A stretch of 64,000 nucleotides of DNA from Blastocystis sp. subtype 4 (GCF_000743755.1 NW_014569527.1:1-64000), one strand, 5' to 3'. Numbered from the stretch's first letter, positions 26,807 through 41,073 are shown. Made by a program: numbers and translations. The notes: generated by a model from the letters alone, not told the origin.

Positions 26807-27759
26807 TTACATGATCCCTCTGATGCTCAGCAGATAATCTACAAACTGTTGACGAATAGGTGCTAGTGATGACTGTTCATTAAGTGTCATCTTAGCAATA
26901 GACTTGACTATGGATCAGTCTTCATAGCAGGACGCTACGAGTGTTAAGAATTGATAGATAAGTCTGTTCTGTTATTGATAAGTCGTGTCTGTGTGATTAA
27001 CCACATTCACAAACCTACTTCAAGAATGGGAGAAGCATTCCTGAAACAAGTGATCGCCACACTTGTAGTTGGAGGATCTTCTCTCGTCCTTCTTTGGAAT
27101 AGGAGTAATTCTCAAGACACCAAGTGAGACTAGATAATACGAAGAGAGATACCTTACAGATCCATCACTTGAGATGCATTCTGGAAGGATTTGGAGTAAA
27201 GGATGATCGTATTCAGATGAATCAGAATGTTCTCCCACTGGGTTAGCGCTATCTACGTTATACAATCCTTTCTACACTACAATCCCTTCAGGAATACTAC
27301 ACAGATTCCCCATGATGCCACAAACACTTTGTAGAATTGTTAGTTCACTCTTTACGAGAGGTCGAGAACGAAGAACAGTGGAAAATCGTGCAAAGACAGC
27401 TCTAATATTACAAATACTAAACAACTACGTACTGGATTAGTTCTGGAACTTGACACAATAATGCATCCCCAAGATGAGCAAGTTCTTTCATGTTTGAACG
27501 CTCGCCAGTGAGTGTCCATCTATGTCAGATCATAAATCCATTGATACAAGATTAGAAGAATTGAGTTTAGAGTATTCATGTTGATACTAAATGGAGTGGC
27601 TTCATCCATTTCTCTCAGTTTTGATTCTTCACTCTTTTCTTGTTGCATCTGAATAAGAAAAGCATTGATGTTTCCCATCTTTGTTACCTTTTGATTCAGT
27701 ACAGCCAATTCATGTTGAATCAACGATATATACACTTCTTCACTCTTTTGTGATTGCAT
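26807..27759 (-). CDS. Hypothetical protein (multi-exon)
   Basis: Chain of minus-strand exons from MQSQKSEEVY… to …YLLSIRGIM*. No family recognised. Confidence 0.5.
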
Positions 27760-27941
27760 TAACCTGAGTCTGTTAATGCTGTAGATGGAGGGAGAGAATT
27801 CGTGTACTCTCTATTACGTTTCTTATGTATTCAATTCTATTATATTCATCGGTTTCCTTCTCTCATTGATTATTATAGCATTCCTCTTTCGGGATTTGCA
27901 TTTGTATTCTACTACGCCAATAACTCCAATTCTTTTCCATC

Positions 27942-29924
27942 ATGGGAAATATACTCGATTGTACCTCCAATGTACTCTTTATAGAGTTGTGTCATTATTT
28001 CAGGAAGTACCTCGAATAGACCCTACAGCAAATGTACCGCAGAATACTGATCCTGTTCCGAGTTCGGTAGTTATCGAACGAAGAAAACCAATTCTCGAAT
28101 CATGTATTTGGAAACTGCAAAGAGAGTACTACGAATCCCTAACATCAGATGCTGCGGTTGCCAAATCCAGCGGTTTTACTATTTCAAGCAATTGCTATGT
28201 TGCAAGGGTTGGCTTTATATTTGTATTTCATCTTTAGGCCTATGCAAACGTGATCATGAGTTATGTTCTAGATTGGTATTCAAACCCGTTGCGAACGAGC
28301 GACGAACCATTGTATATTATTGATGTAGGTGCTGGATTTGGCAAACTGGGTTTTCTTATCATGTATCATCTATTTGAAATGAAAGAAAGCTGGCCAACAA
28401 ACTCTCAAAATCCATTTATGTCGATCTGAATCATATTTTGTGATATCTAGATATGTATTGACAGATTTCTCACAAGCAATGCTATCTTATTGGGAATGTG
28501 ATCCACTAATCAGCCAATTTGTAAAAATGGGCTATATGGACTATGGCCTCTTAGATGTGGAACATGCTGAGGAATTGCATTTACGTCGAGCCAATGTCAC
28601 ATTAACAGCTGGTTGTCTTCAGGCTCCGCCATTCTTCCTCTGCAGCTCCGTATTTTCATGTATTCCTCAGGATGTGGTGATGGTGGATGGAGGTTGTGTG
28701 ATGCCGGCCATATTGTCTATCCTTCAGTCTCATTCTTCTCCAACCTCTGTTGTCACTAGCAATCCAGCCGACCGGTATCAGTACGTGAGTAGAGGTGTAC
28801 TGAAGATTAGATTCTCCTGGAACTATGAAGAGCAAGATCCAGTGGGATGGTCTAATGATCTGTTCTCCCTTATTCACAAGAAGGCTGATGAAGGAGCCCA
28901 GGCAATCTATGTTGTACCTGTTGTGGCTGTCCAATTCATTCAGCGAATGCAACAGCTATGTGAGGGTCACTGTGCCTTCCTGATTGCTGATGAGGGTGTG
29001 TTCTCTACCTCTGAATTGAATGTGGTTCGTGATCCTGTTCTCAGTATTCGTGGTTCAGTCCATCTTCCTGTGAACTATTCACTGCTTGAGATGATTACTC
29101 AACAGCAAGGAGGGTTCATCTGTTCATCATCTCTTCATGAGAGTTTCCGTGTAAGAGTGATTTCACTGATTCATTAAAAGGCTGTCCTATTTGTATTTGG
29201 TCAGTCACAATCTTCTCTGACTCGAACTCGTTTGGCATATCACAATTCCATCAGGACATTTACACCTGAATCCTTTTTCACTTTCCAAGTAATCCTTCTT
29301 CTGTTCGTATCATTTAGAAATCTGTCAAGGATGAAACGGCTCTTTCTCTTCGAGGAATGCAGTGTCTCCTTCGTCTCTCTTCCTTTGATCCTGAACTGTT
29401 CTATCGTTACAAACAACTTCTAATTGAATCCTGCAATAAGGAAACACTAGTACCATCACTCCATGAAGATCTTCACATTGATCTGGTTTGTGTGAGAGAT
29501 CATACTCTCTTCCAGAATCCTGCTCATGATGTATGCTTTGAGCTGGCTCGGATTCATATGGGGTTGAAGGAATATGCATTGGCATTGGAACTGTTCCAGG
29601 ATAGCAATAATTGTGTGAGTGAGCATCATGTGACATGGCACAATATGGGAATATGCTGTTTTTATCTGAGAGAATTTGATAAAGCCAAACATTGCTTTAT
29701 GCATGTAGGAATGTGATGAGAACATGATATTCTAGGCATTAGAATTGAAACCGACGTATTTGGAATCACAAGTATGGTTAGAGCGGATTACCCAGGGAGA
29801 TGTAGAAATTCCATCTTTCTCTTCAGGAGACGGTCGGTTACAAGAATCCAATACACTTCCAAGCCATAATGTATCTGAACACAAATACGGTAGTGATGAT
29901 ATGACTTCTCTCCATCAGAAATGA
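27942..29924 (+). CDS. Class I SAM-dependent methyltransferase-like protein with C-terminal TPR repeats; possible N-myristoylation
   Basis: MGNILDC start; IWKLQREYY, SNCYVARAYA, YIIDVGAGFGKLG, YVLTDFS; TPR-like ELARIHMGLKEYALALELF and TWHNMGICCFYLREFDKAKHCF. Confidence 0.7.
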
Positions 29925-30127
29925 TTCAAGATGGAGTGCATACTTATATTCTTTTACTTGTTTTTGTTTGTATCGAATCCCCCGATCTCTTCCTCTTGGC
30001 ATAGACATTGGAATTGTAGATAGATTCAAGATGGATCCATAGAATCCACTTGTGTTTCAGTTGTTATGAACGAAGGCGGGCGTTTCATTGCCGTTAAGTG
30101 GCAACTCTCAGAATAGAGTCTAGAATA

Positions 30128-33100
30128 ATGATTCAACGTTCATTTGTGAGATTTTATATTGTACAAACCTTATTGATAGATTCTTTCGCTTCTTCTAGTG
30201 ATCTCCGTTTTCGGTTCCGTGTTTTTTGGTTTCTGTTATCCATAGCTCAGTCGACTCCCTTACTTTCGGTTTTATCGACAACAGCTGGGGATTACTATGT
30301 TGAGGTGTCTGCTAGATTGAGTCAAGATGGAGTTGTTTATGTTTATCCGTTACCTATTGAGGTGACTGTAGCTCCAGATGATTCAACAATCGTAACTTAT
30401 GGATTCTCAGCAAATGCAACAGCTGGTGTTGCTGTGACGATTTACGCTCAGGAATTGCAAGCTTCTATGTCCTACAATTTGTATATATCTGGACGGGGTT
30501 TAGATGGCTCAATTTCCTCTCCGTCACGTATTATTAGGGTTGTTACAACAACGGCACGTATGAATTCTTATAGATGTTTAATTCTAGCAACGCCTCCAAC
30601 TCTGACCATTCTCGGTTTTGTAGCTAGTACAGAATCGATCGTCTTAAGGTATACTCTGACATCCTCTGGAACGATTTGGTGTCGAGCTTATAGAGAAGAG
30701 GAGCGTGACTATGCTACAGTTGAAGGTGTGTATACTTCTATCCAAGGAAGTCCAGTTGTGGCTCATGTAGTATCTAGTTACTATATTGGGAATCTTGAGC
30801 CTAACATGGATTACTATACATTTTGTGTAGCTGAAAATTCTAGACAGATCCCAATGAATACGACCTTCGCTTCCACGGAACGTCATGTGATCACATTAGC
30901 TGGTAAGGAATGAATGACTTTGTGAATTGTAGAACCTCCGTACATTTCCTATCTAGGGAATACCGTGACATATCATTCGATCACCTTATCAGGAGTCTCT
31001 AATGTTCGTGCTGATGTGTTTAACTATACTGTCATTCGTACTCCAGATTACTCCTATCCATCGATTCAACTCATTCAATCAGGCACTCCAACTCGTGTAG
31101 GATACTTGCCTTGAGTATTACCATAGGTACCTCGAAAGGAGACGTTTGTTCTTCAATGGGACAACTTACTGAATGCTACAGAATACGCTATCTCATTGTA
31201 TTCCCAGGATATCAAAGGTGTGGCTACAGAACAGACTATTTCCTCCACCACATTCTTCATTGAAACAGATATCGTCCGTTGTGAAGGAGAAGATGGATGG
31301 TCAACTACTGTTGCTGGAGATGAAGCCTTGATGAATTGTGAGTTAGGTTACGGTGGGCATTACGTACGTCTTTGTCAGTATAATGGTCAGTGGGGTGAGA
31401 TTCGAAATGAGTGTGGTAGGGTTATTGAATGAATAACTGAGATTCAGTGCGTAATACATGTCCTGCTTCAGGTGTGTGGAATCTTACTCTGTCGCTCACT
31501 GAACTTTCTATGGCATGTGGTTCTGGTTTCACTGGAATGATGACTCGCTATTGTAACGCCGATGGTGAATGGGAAGCACCAGATCGTAGTCAGTGTGGTA
31601 GGAATGAAACTCTTTCACTTATTTCCAGAACAGATTTACTGTCCCTCAGATGACTCCTGGCCTCAGACTCCAGCTCTCACAACTGCCTATATTTCCTGTG
31701 GAATTGGATTCTTTGGTGAACAGACTCGCTTCTGCTCTGCAACAGGTGTGTGGGAGACATCATCGTCGAGCAGTTGTGTTGCTAAACAGCTCTGTCCTGC
31801 AGATAATGGTTGGGAAGCTGTGTATGAGGGGGACACATACACATTGAAGTGTGAACCTGGATATGCTGGAAGTATCTCTCGATTCTGTGCATTAGGAGGC
31901 ATTTGGACAGATCCCATGGATAATTGCAGTATGGTATACTGATTGCATCTCATTATAGCACGTATCATGTGTCCTGAAAACAGTATTTGGCCTGAAACTC
32001 CTTCCAACACTACTGCGATGTACGCATGTCCTCTTGGTGAGAGTGGATTCATCACTCGCTTTTGTACGTTAGAGGGTGTGTGGCTTGCTACCAACACATC
32101 TGCTTGTCGTAGGGATATGGATCCTGCTTTCAATGATTAGAACAAATCTACTGTCCTAATGAAGGTGTGTGGGAGACTACACTTGCTGGTCTCACTATCC
32201 CTGGTCCTTGTCGAACTGGCCAATTTGGTCAATCATTCCGTACTTGTCAGATTACTGGTGTCTGGGACAACATTGATTACTCAGATTGCTATGATATGGG
32301 TTGCTTAGCAGATGGAGAGTGGAATGAATCGCCTATTCGTACGACACTTCGAAGGAAGTGTCCGATGGGTTACTCTGGGTACCAGTATCGATATTGTAGT
32401 GAATTCGGAGTGTGGAATGAGATTGTTACAACTGATTGCGGTACGAATGGAGAGACTACCTGATTGTTAGAACGAATCTTGTGTCCTGCTGTTTCTGGTT
32501 TTGATATAACTCCCAGTGGTACTTCAGTGAATGTACCATGTGGTGAACACTTTTATGGGAATATGACTGGTTTCTGTTCATGGTATGGTGCATGGATTGA
32601 TGTCGATGTGTCTGCTTGTATTGCTATTCCCACCTGCCCAGAAGATGGAATTTGGCCCAGAACCAATATTAACACTGAACGAGAAATCTCATGTGGTGTG
32701 GGAGTTATGGGTACTCGAACTCGATTCTGTGATGCTAATGGGGTTTGGGGTCCAGCTGATGAATCTGCATGTCGTAAGAACTGGAGACCCTATTGATGAC
32801 TAGAACAGCTCTACTGTCCTGCAGATGAGAATTGGCCTCAAACCACTGCTGGAATAACTGCCTTCAAACCCTGTCCTGAAGGACAATTTGGATACATTCG
32901 TCGGCCATGTTCTGTTACAGGTGAGTGGGGTAATGTGGTCTCTGAATATTGCTGTATGTTTCTGACTAGTTCTCCTATCTTTAGACAATGTGTGGTGTAC
33001 GAGCTATGAGGGTTGGCCAGCCACAGCAGGTGGCTTTTCGGTGACTCTGCCTTGTTCGTCAGGATATCGCGGAAATCAAACTCGTACGTGTACAGCTGAT

Positions 33101-36100
33101 GGCTACTGGAGTGAAGTTGATGATAGTCAATGTGGTAAGGATTCGTGTAGGTCGCTCATTGCTAGAAGTGGCTACTTGTCTTGCAGATGGGGTGTGGCCT
33201 GAGACAGCCCCATCCACATCAGGAGTGGCTGTACCATGTGATATTGGCTACAGTGGTACTATGTATCGTGATTGCTCTGTACAGGGAGAATGGCTGGAAA
33301 TAGACGATTCCCTTTGCAGTAAGGATATGAATGTGGACTGATGATTAGTCCGTAAGCGTTGTCTTCCATCTGGTGACTGGCCTCTTACGCCCTCACTGAC
33401 CAATGTTTCCATATCATGTCCCGCGGGATACGCTGGATCAATTGATCGATATTGTGGTGATGGTGTGTGGGAGGATCCTGTTTACAACTGTGGTAGGTGC
33501 TGCTTCTTCTCTCTCAAACATAGATACGCTGATGTGTCCTGAAGAGGATGGTTGGGTTGGTGCTGCTGGTACTGTGGTTACGCGAGATTGTGGGATTGGC
33601 TATCGTGGTACTCGTACTCGTCGTTGTTCCATCCAGGGTGTCTGGTCTCCTGCGGACGAGAGCAACTGTGAAGAAATTCGTTGTCCTGGGTTTGATGTGT
33701 GGGAAGAGGCTGGAGTAAAAGAGGTCCAAGTACATCCCTGTGAGGGTGGTGGCTTTGCTATTCTTACTTGTGGATTGGATGGAGAATGGGAAGGTAATCC
33801 TACCATGTGTTGTACGTCTTACTTGTTTCGTTTACTGTAGATACAACGTTCTGTCCTCTCGACTCTCAGTGGCCTGTTACAGCTCCTGGAACCACTCGTT
33901 ATGGCAACTGTCCTCTCGGATATGAAGGACAGGCCTCTCGGTATTGCTCAGCTGCAGGCACCTGGGCGGAGGTGAATCTTTCACAATGTTATCAACTTAC
34001 ATGTGCTGGTGATGATGTGTGGCCTGAGACACCTCGTGGTGAGCAAGCTATCGTATCTTGTCCTGCTCACATGACAGGCAATCAAGTGAGGTTATGTCAA
34101 GTCGATTCTACTTGGGGTCCTGTCAATCAGTCCGGATGTGTGGCTCACAGCTGTCCTTCAGATGATGTGTGGCCACAGACTCCTATTGGTTCTCAGATCA
34201 CTCTTTCGTGTGGTGTGGGCATGCGTGGCTATAGAACACGTGTGTGTGGTACTGGTGGTATTTGGGAGGAGGTAAACGATGACTCATGCAGTATGGGTTG
34301 CTGAGCAAACTCACCACTAGGTCAAATCGTCTGTTTCCAGGATGGTTCCTGGCCCACTACCAACGCTTTGGAGACGGCTCACAAGGAGTGTCCTGAAGGT
34401 TTCATCGGCTCCATTGATCGATATTGTTTGCCTATTGGACTTTGGGAGGATCCTGTTGACAATTGTCATGCGCCTACCTGTCCAGCTGATGGTGATTGGC
34501 CTGAGACCGTTATCAGTACTAAGGCCACTCTCGTCTGTCCTATTGGCTATTCTGGTACTTACACACGTACGTGTACAGAGGAACAGGTGTGGTTGGAACC
34601 CGACATGTCCACATGTACTCGGCTTCACTGTACTGGTGAAGGAATGTGGCCAACCACCAATACCCTAACAAATGCCACTCAACCTTGTGGAGGTGATTTC
34701 TTGGGAGAGAGCACTCGTTATTGTGCAGAGGATCAGACATGGAATGCTCCTGATAACTCAGGTTGTCGTAGGTACATAGCTGATTGGTTCATTTGTAGGT
34801 CCTAACTATTGTACTGCTGAAAACGGCTGGCCCAACACTGTCCGCAATCGAACTGTATCGATCGAGTGCCCTGTAGGCTTCCGTGGCATGCAGTATCGAA
34901 CTTGCTCAGAAGATGCTTACTGGTCAGAGGAAGACCGAAGTGAGTGTCGTGTGTTACCCCAGCACTCTGGGCTTGTTGTTACTCCTAACACATACTATTT
35001 GGCGGTACGAGCCGTACTGAATGTGGATTCTACGTTCTATCTCCTGCCTCGCCTTGCTACCACCACACCTCCATCGAAATCCCAACTACTGGCATCTTCA
35101 TTCAATGCAACCTGTCAGGCGAATCAGACCTGTCTTGTGATAGTGAGTGGTCTTCGTCCTCTCACAGAGTATGATGTTTATTACTGGTACCAGAGTGTTG
35201 ATGGAGTGGAACCTCTTACAAGTGTTGGTTCAATGTACGTACGAACCATGACAATTGATATTATTCCATTTGCACTGGTCATCGAGGATAGTCAGGGAGA
35301 GTATGATATGATTACAGTTCAGGTATCCATAGAAATGAGAGGAGGATACGTATGGTGTCGAGAAAGGACTACTCCTGTTACACCTACTGTTGATTGGATG
35401 AAGTTAAGTGATCCTTTGCACCTAGTGGATGGAGAGGTTCGAGGTCTGGAGTTGATTCCCAATCTGTTACCGTCTTCACAGTATTACGTGTACTGTTATG
35501 CTGAGGATGAATATGGAGATCCCTCCACATTGTCTATTGCTGACTCGATGCATGTGGTCTCTACACTGGCAGTATCTCCTTCGTGGACAACAGAAATTGA
35601 ATCAACTCATCTTGATAGTACTGTTCATGTGAATGCAAATCGAAACGGAACTGCTTGTTGTATCTGGCAGACAGAGGAAACAGTACCATCGATATCAGAG
35701 ATTGAAGCTGGTGGTGTGTGTGGAACTGTGTCTGAGGAAGGTCAGATTCAAATGTTCACTCAGGATGATACAGAGTTTTATGTGTACTGCATGTTCCAGA
35801 CAACTACACTCCTTACTCTCGTATCATCTGATCCTCATATCATTCACACACCAGCTCGTGCTCCTCAACTCACTCATCTCGCTACTACAGTTACCTATCA
35901 ATCTCTTTTACTTTCCTTCATTTCAGATCGTCCTGCGTATGTGTGGTGTCTCTCAAAGGACGCTTCTGATCCTGTGACTCCAACCATCTCAGACATTAAA
36001 ACGGCGCCTCGTATTACTGCTGTTCGTGATGAAGCTACAGAGGTGCTGATAACGGAGTTGGAAATGGAGACTGAGTATCGTGTGTTCTGCTGGGCTGAAT

Positions 36101-38898
36101 CCTTCGAGGGTTTGGGCACCACTACTGCATCAGAGAATCTAGTATTCACAGCCAGTACTATCTCACTTCCTCCTACACTCACTATTCACTCCTTCTCTCT
36201 TGCTTACAACGCTATTCATCTTACCATTGCTCTCACCTCAGCTGCTTCGGTACAATGTCTGGTTGTAGAGCCTGAGGCAGATGTTCCTTCTCTTCCTGCC
36301 TTTGCTGAAGTTCAGTCCGTAGTGATCGACCAGCTTGGACAAGTGACAGTCACAGGTCTCACAGAGAATACTCCTTATGCAGCCTACTGTCTGGCTCGGG
36401 ATAGTCACAATCAACCAATGCTGAATTCTGTTGCCTCCACCAAGACAACTTTTACCACACCGTACAACCGTCATACTCTCTATGTTGACCTACTCCTTAC
36501 TCGTGAGTTGACGGTCACTCTCTCCCTTCTCTCATCTGATGCTGCAACAGCCTGGTGTTCTGCGGTCCATGTTAACGATCTCCCTCCACTCGCAGCTACT
36601 CTCAAATCCAGTGGTGTGCAATTGTCTCTGGAGACGGGTGTCCCCATGCCACTTGAGCTGAGTGATCTCGAACCAGACTATCCTTACAGTGCGTATTGCT
36701 ACTCCGAGAGTTCACGAGGAATGGCGCAAGAAAATGCTATTTTGGCAACTCGTACCAATTTTACGACGTTGGATTATCCTCGCCTCATTGTTACTGTGTC
36801 TTCCATCGCATCGAATCCATCGTATTCCTCCGTTGAACTGGATACCACTGTCTCCACCTCTTCAACACTCTACTGCCGACCTCGTATCGTTCAAGAGAAC
36901 GAGCTTCCTCCTTCCAGTGAATGGATTTTGGAAGGTCAACAGCTGGCAATCATCCAGCCACATATCACTCACTTCATGACAATCACGGGTCTGGTTCCTG
37001 CTACTTCGTATCATGTGTTCTGTACTGCTGTATCAACCTCGAATCTCACCTCACTCCAGTCTCTGGAGGAACGTCGACTTAGTGTCACCACACTCTTGGA
37101 CACTACAGGTCCCTCCGTGCTCTTCACAGATGATTCAGCTGGATATACACTCACATATCAACCAATTCTGCTCAATATTTCGTTTAGTGAGGCAGTGGTG
37201 GATCTGGCTCAGGAGGATCTGGTACTTGTAAACTGTCAGATCCTCTCATTCCTTCGATATGCCAATCAGTTGTATACACTCACTGTAGCTCCCATTCAGC
37301 ATGGTACTCTCTCCATCACAGTTCCCGCGGGAAAAGTGAAGGACTTGTTTAACAATGGTAATGTTGCAGCTTCATGGTCTAAGTACTATCCTGAAGGTAC
37401 TCTCTCTGTAGCTGTTCAGGATGTGGGGGCCCTGTATACTGATTTGAGTCTACAATATCCTTATGAGGCATCTGTTGTGTGTGCTGCTATAACGAGTCCT
37501 CAGGCTCCTATCAACTGTTCAGTTCTGGCTACTCTGCCAAATGCTGTGAATGCTACACTCATTGATGGGGAGGCATCACTTCGTGTGACTGGTCTGGCTC
37601 TCAATACCACATTCTATGGATATTGTTGTGCTGAAGAGCCGAATGGCATTGTGATGTCAAATTCCATACAATCGACACAGACTCGAATCGAGTTGGGTTG
37701 GCTGCAGTGTCCTCAGACGGATGCTGGAGTCTGTTCTGGTCATGGTGCCTGCACAGATGGATCCAGCTGTGTCTGCGATTCCGGCTACTATGGAGCCATT
37801 TGCACAGACTCGTGCCCAGGTCTCAGTGTGACGGATGAAGCAGGTACTGTGATTGAATGTGGTGGCCATGGAGAATGTGATGCAAGCTCTCTTACTTGTA
37901 CTTGTACGGATTCTATTTTTGCTGGAGATACATGTCAGCTGGTGACACTGGAGGAACAGACACCTGCTGACGGTCATGTGTTTGTATATGCCAGTATGAT
38001 CCTACGTACCAATGCCTCAATTAGTCTGGAATATGTAGTCCAGGAGCAAAAGGTGATCATTCTCACAACAATTGCTAACTCGCTTTCAATAGCACCTGAC
38101 CGAATGGCTGTGCGATCATGGTCTACAGGCTCCTCAACACGCGCAACGACAAGTACTGTGACTGCTACTGTCGTGGTGGATTGTGAGGAAGCTCAGCGTG
38201 GTACCACAGTAGCCTGGTTCGAGGAGGCAGACAATCTGAATCGACTGGCAGCCCGTCTGACAGAGAATGGTTATCCCACAGAGCGAGTAACAGCATCTCG
38301 CGTGTATACGGTAACCTCGACACAAACGGATCCTTATTCCTGCTATGATGGGCAGCTCTCATTAGGTGAAACAGATGTGGACTGTGGAGGCATCTGTAGT
38401 GCTAAGTGCGATTTCCAACAGCAATGCAAGCAGGATACAGACTGTGCGTCAAGTGTATGTTCAGATGGATTCTGCTCGAATAGCTGGTCAGTAGGAATGA
38501 CAGTGCTGGTTGTGATGGTGGTGCTGATTGTGGTGATTGCCATAGGAGTGATCGTGTTTGTATGCTGTGGTCGCCAGAAGGAGAAGAATCAGAAGCAATC
38601 GACTGAGAAAGAAGTTGAAATGGTCAAGCAGAAGGCGACAGTGGAGCTAGAAGACTTGGAGAGGCAGGATGTAGCAGAGGAGGCCGAATTACGACAACTG
38701 GAAGAACAGATGAAACAGCGTAACGCCCGTAGAGAGGAGAAAAAACGTCAGAAGGCGGCTGCTGCTGCTGCTGTTGCGAGACTTGAACCTGCCAAGATCG
38801 TGAATGAAGAAAATGTGAAACCCAATTCGGGTGAATCTGAGAGTCTCCCTATACCAGTATCTCCTTCTGTTGTCAATGATGCAGTTGATAAGGTGTGA
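30128..38898 (+). CDS. Giant type-I membrane surface protein (~2,700 aa): signal peptide, FN3-like repeats, 22 HRM-like Cys/Trp repeats, bacterial-type Ig-like domain, EGF-like domains, TM helix, charged tail
   Basis: Spliced N-terminus MIQRSFILSLLLVISVFAQS; repeats C-x5-W-x12-C-xxG-xxG-x3-RxC-x3-GxW-x6/7-C; GL(x)PxTxYxxYC repeats; GETDVDCGG; TM VLVVMVVLIVVIAIGVIVFVCC. Confidence 0.85.
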
Positions 38899-39013
38899 TT
38901 TTGAATTGTTATTAGATTTATTGTATTGTGTTTGTTCGATATCAGAAGCATTGAAGAATCCCTTGGATACAGTCTTCCTTAATACTGATTCCATCGTTCT
39001 TTCTTCTTAAGAA

Positions 39014-41060
39014 ATGGATTTATCTGAGAGTATTGAGGCAAAGAAGCGACGACTTGAAGAGTTGCGTCGTTTGAGGGAACAGCGACAATCGTTCTTCTTT
39101 GAATTATTGGTTTGAGTGTGTAGAAAAGGAATAGGAACTGGAAATGACGATGATATTTCAACACTGGTTGGACGTATTTTAAAGTCTACACGATTGAGCA
39201 CGGAGGATACTGAAGCAGAGACACCCTCGTATTCGACAAATCGAGAACTGAATGGCTCCCTTGTTCCAAGCGAATTAGAAGTTTGATTTTGGATATCAAA
39301 TCATTTGATAGGATGGAAAGAAGCTGAATTCGAGTGTAAGTCCATCTGTTGAGCGATATGAGAAATGTATTCAAACGATTGAACCAGTCGAATCTTCTGT
39401 TGTCCGTGTACCAAGCGAGTTGAAAAAGAAGCAGGAAAAGCCAATTGCATCTCGTGTCCAAGCTGCAGCTACTCAAGAACAGACTCCAAAGAACACAATT
39501 ACAGCAATTAAGAAGAGTAACTATGAGACTGGTTGTGAATAGTAGAGATTGGGTTTATTGACAACGAATCGGGTTTAATTCAAATTGTGAAGAATCGAGA
39601 AGCTTCTTCCGTGAGTTCATCGATTGGAATTGTAGAGCGAGCATTGTGTCAAGTTGATGACTACGACTTCATGGTTGAAATATGTATATTTGCATGACCA
39701 ATAGAAAGAATATGTGAGTACAGAGTCTGATACTCTAACGAAACATGATCTCGTATTTCTCTACAAATCGTACTTCAGCGATACAGCAAAGAATTGTCCA
39801 ATCACTTCGATTGTTGTTTCTCCATTTATGAAGAACATTGCCATGACTAGTCATTCTTCGCCTATTGTTGAATCTACAGTAGTTTTGGATTGATTCTATT
39901 CATGTTTTAGATCGGATATGATTCAGGTGAGGGCTATTGTTTGATCTGGGATCTGATGGTTCCAGAACACCCTTATCGTGTTCTTGTAGCTCCTGAATCC
40001 ATCCAGCGAGTCATATTTCATCCCAATAATAGAGATATTGTGATTGGTTGTCTATATTCGGGTCATATTGTTATTTGGGACATGCGTGCTGAGAATACAA
40101 TTATGCTTCAAAGTAATTTAAGTGATAATGGTCATTTCTTCCCAATTGTTGGGTATGGCTCGATTCTAGTTGTCAAAAATAGGGTTGAAATCTTCAATTC
40201 CTCTGTTCTGTCTGGAATTCTCACAATCGATGCAGAAGGGGTTTTATGCATTTGGAATTCAGATTCACTTGTCGATCCATTGATTTCTTGTGATCTTCGA
40301 TCTCTTGTCAGATTCCAGTTTTTCACACTAATTTGTAGATCTTTGAAGGACACAAAATGGACCTATATCCAACCTGTTTCTCGCCTTATAATCCCGAAAC
40401 ATCCTCATTATTCGTTGGTTGTGAAGACGGACAATTAGTCTCGGTCAGTATTCGAGATTCCATTTTTTCTCTCGATTCCGTCCTTATTCACCATAAAGCT
40501 CCTATTACGAGTATTTCGTGTCGATCTTCATATTCATTGCGTTCGCTCCATAGTCAAGAAGATGTATTCATTTCCAATCTCGTTCTTACTTCGTCGTTCG
40601 ACTGGACTATTGCTTTATGGCTTCCTTCAATCACTCAGAAGCCTCTGTGTGTGTTCTCGGCGGGAGCAATGTATGTGTCTGATGTTCAGTGGAATCCTGT
40701 CAATCCCTGTCTCTTTGCAGCAGCATCGGGAAATGGTGTAGTTCAGTTGTGGAATATTCTTCATGATCGAGATGTGAGGGTTTTGTGTGGATATCAGAAA
40801 TAGGCTCCATTTTTGTCACTTCAAGTAGGTTTGGAAGGAGGTCGAATGAGTGGTGGAATAACGCGAGTGCGATGGAGTGAGAATGGGAGAAGATTGTTAG
40901 TAGGAACAGAGACAGGTGAGAACATGGTGTTAGAATGATGATTAGGAACATTATTTGCATATGATTTGAAATCAGAACTAGTTGAAGTACGTGAGGAGAA
41001 CCTGGTTGCTCTCCATCGTGAGATTGAAGAACTAATTCAACAGCAAAACGAATCGAATTA
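39014..41060 (+). CDS. DYNC1I: Cytoplasmic dynein intermediate chain (WD40); stop probably made by poly(A) (TA+A)
   Basis: N-terminal IEAKKRRLEELRRLRE; YSGHIVIWDMR, LTSSFDWTIALW, YVSDVQWNPVNPCLFAAASGNGVVQLWN. Confidence 0.85.
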
Positions 41061-41073
41061 TCCTTGTTTGTTC

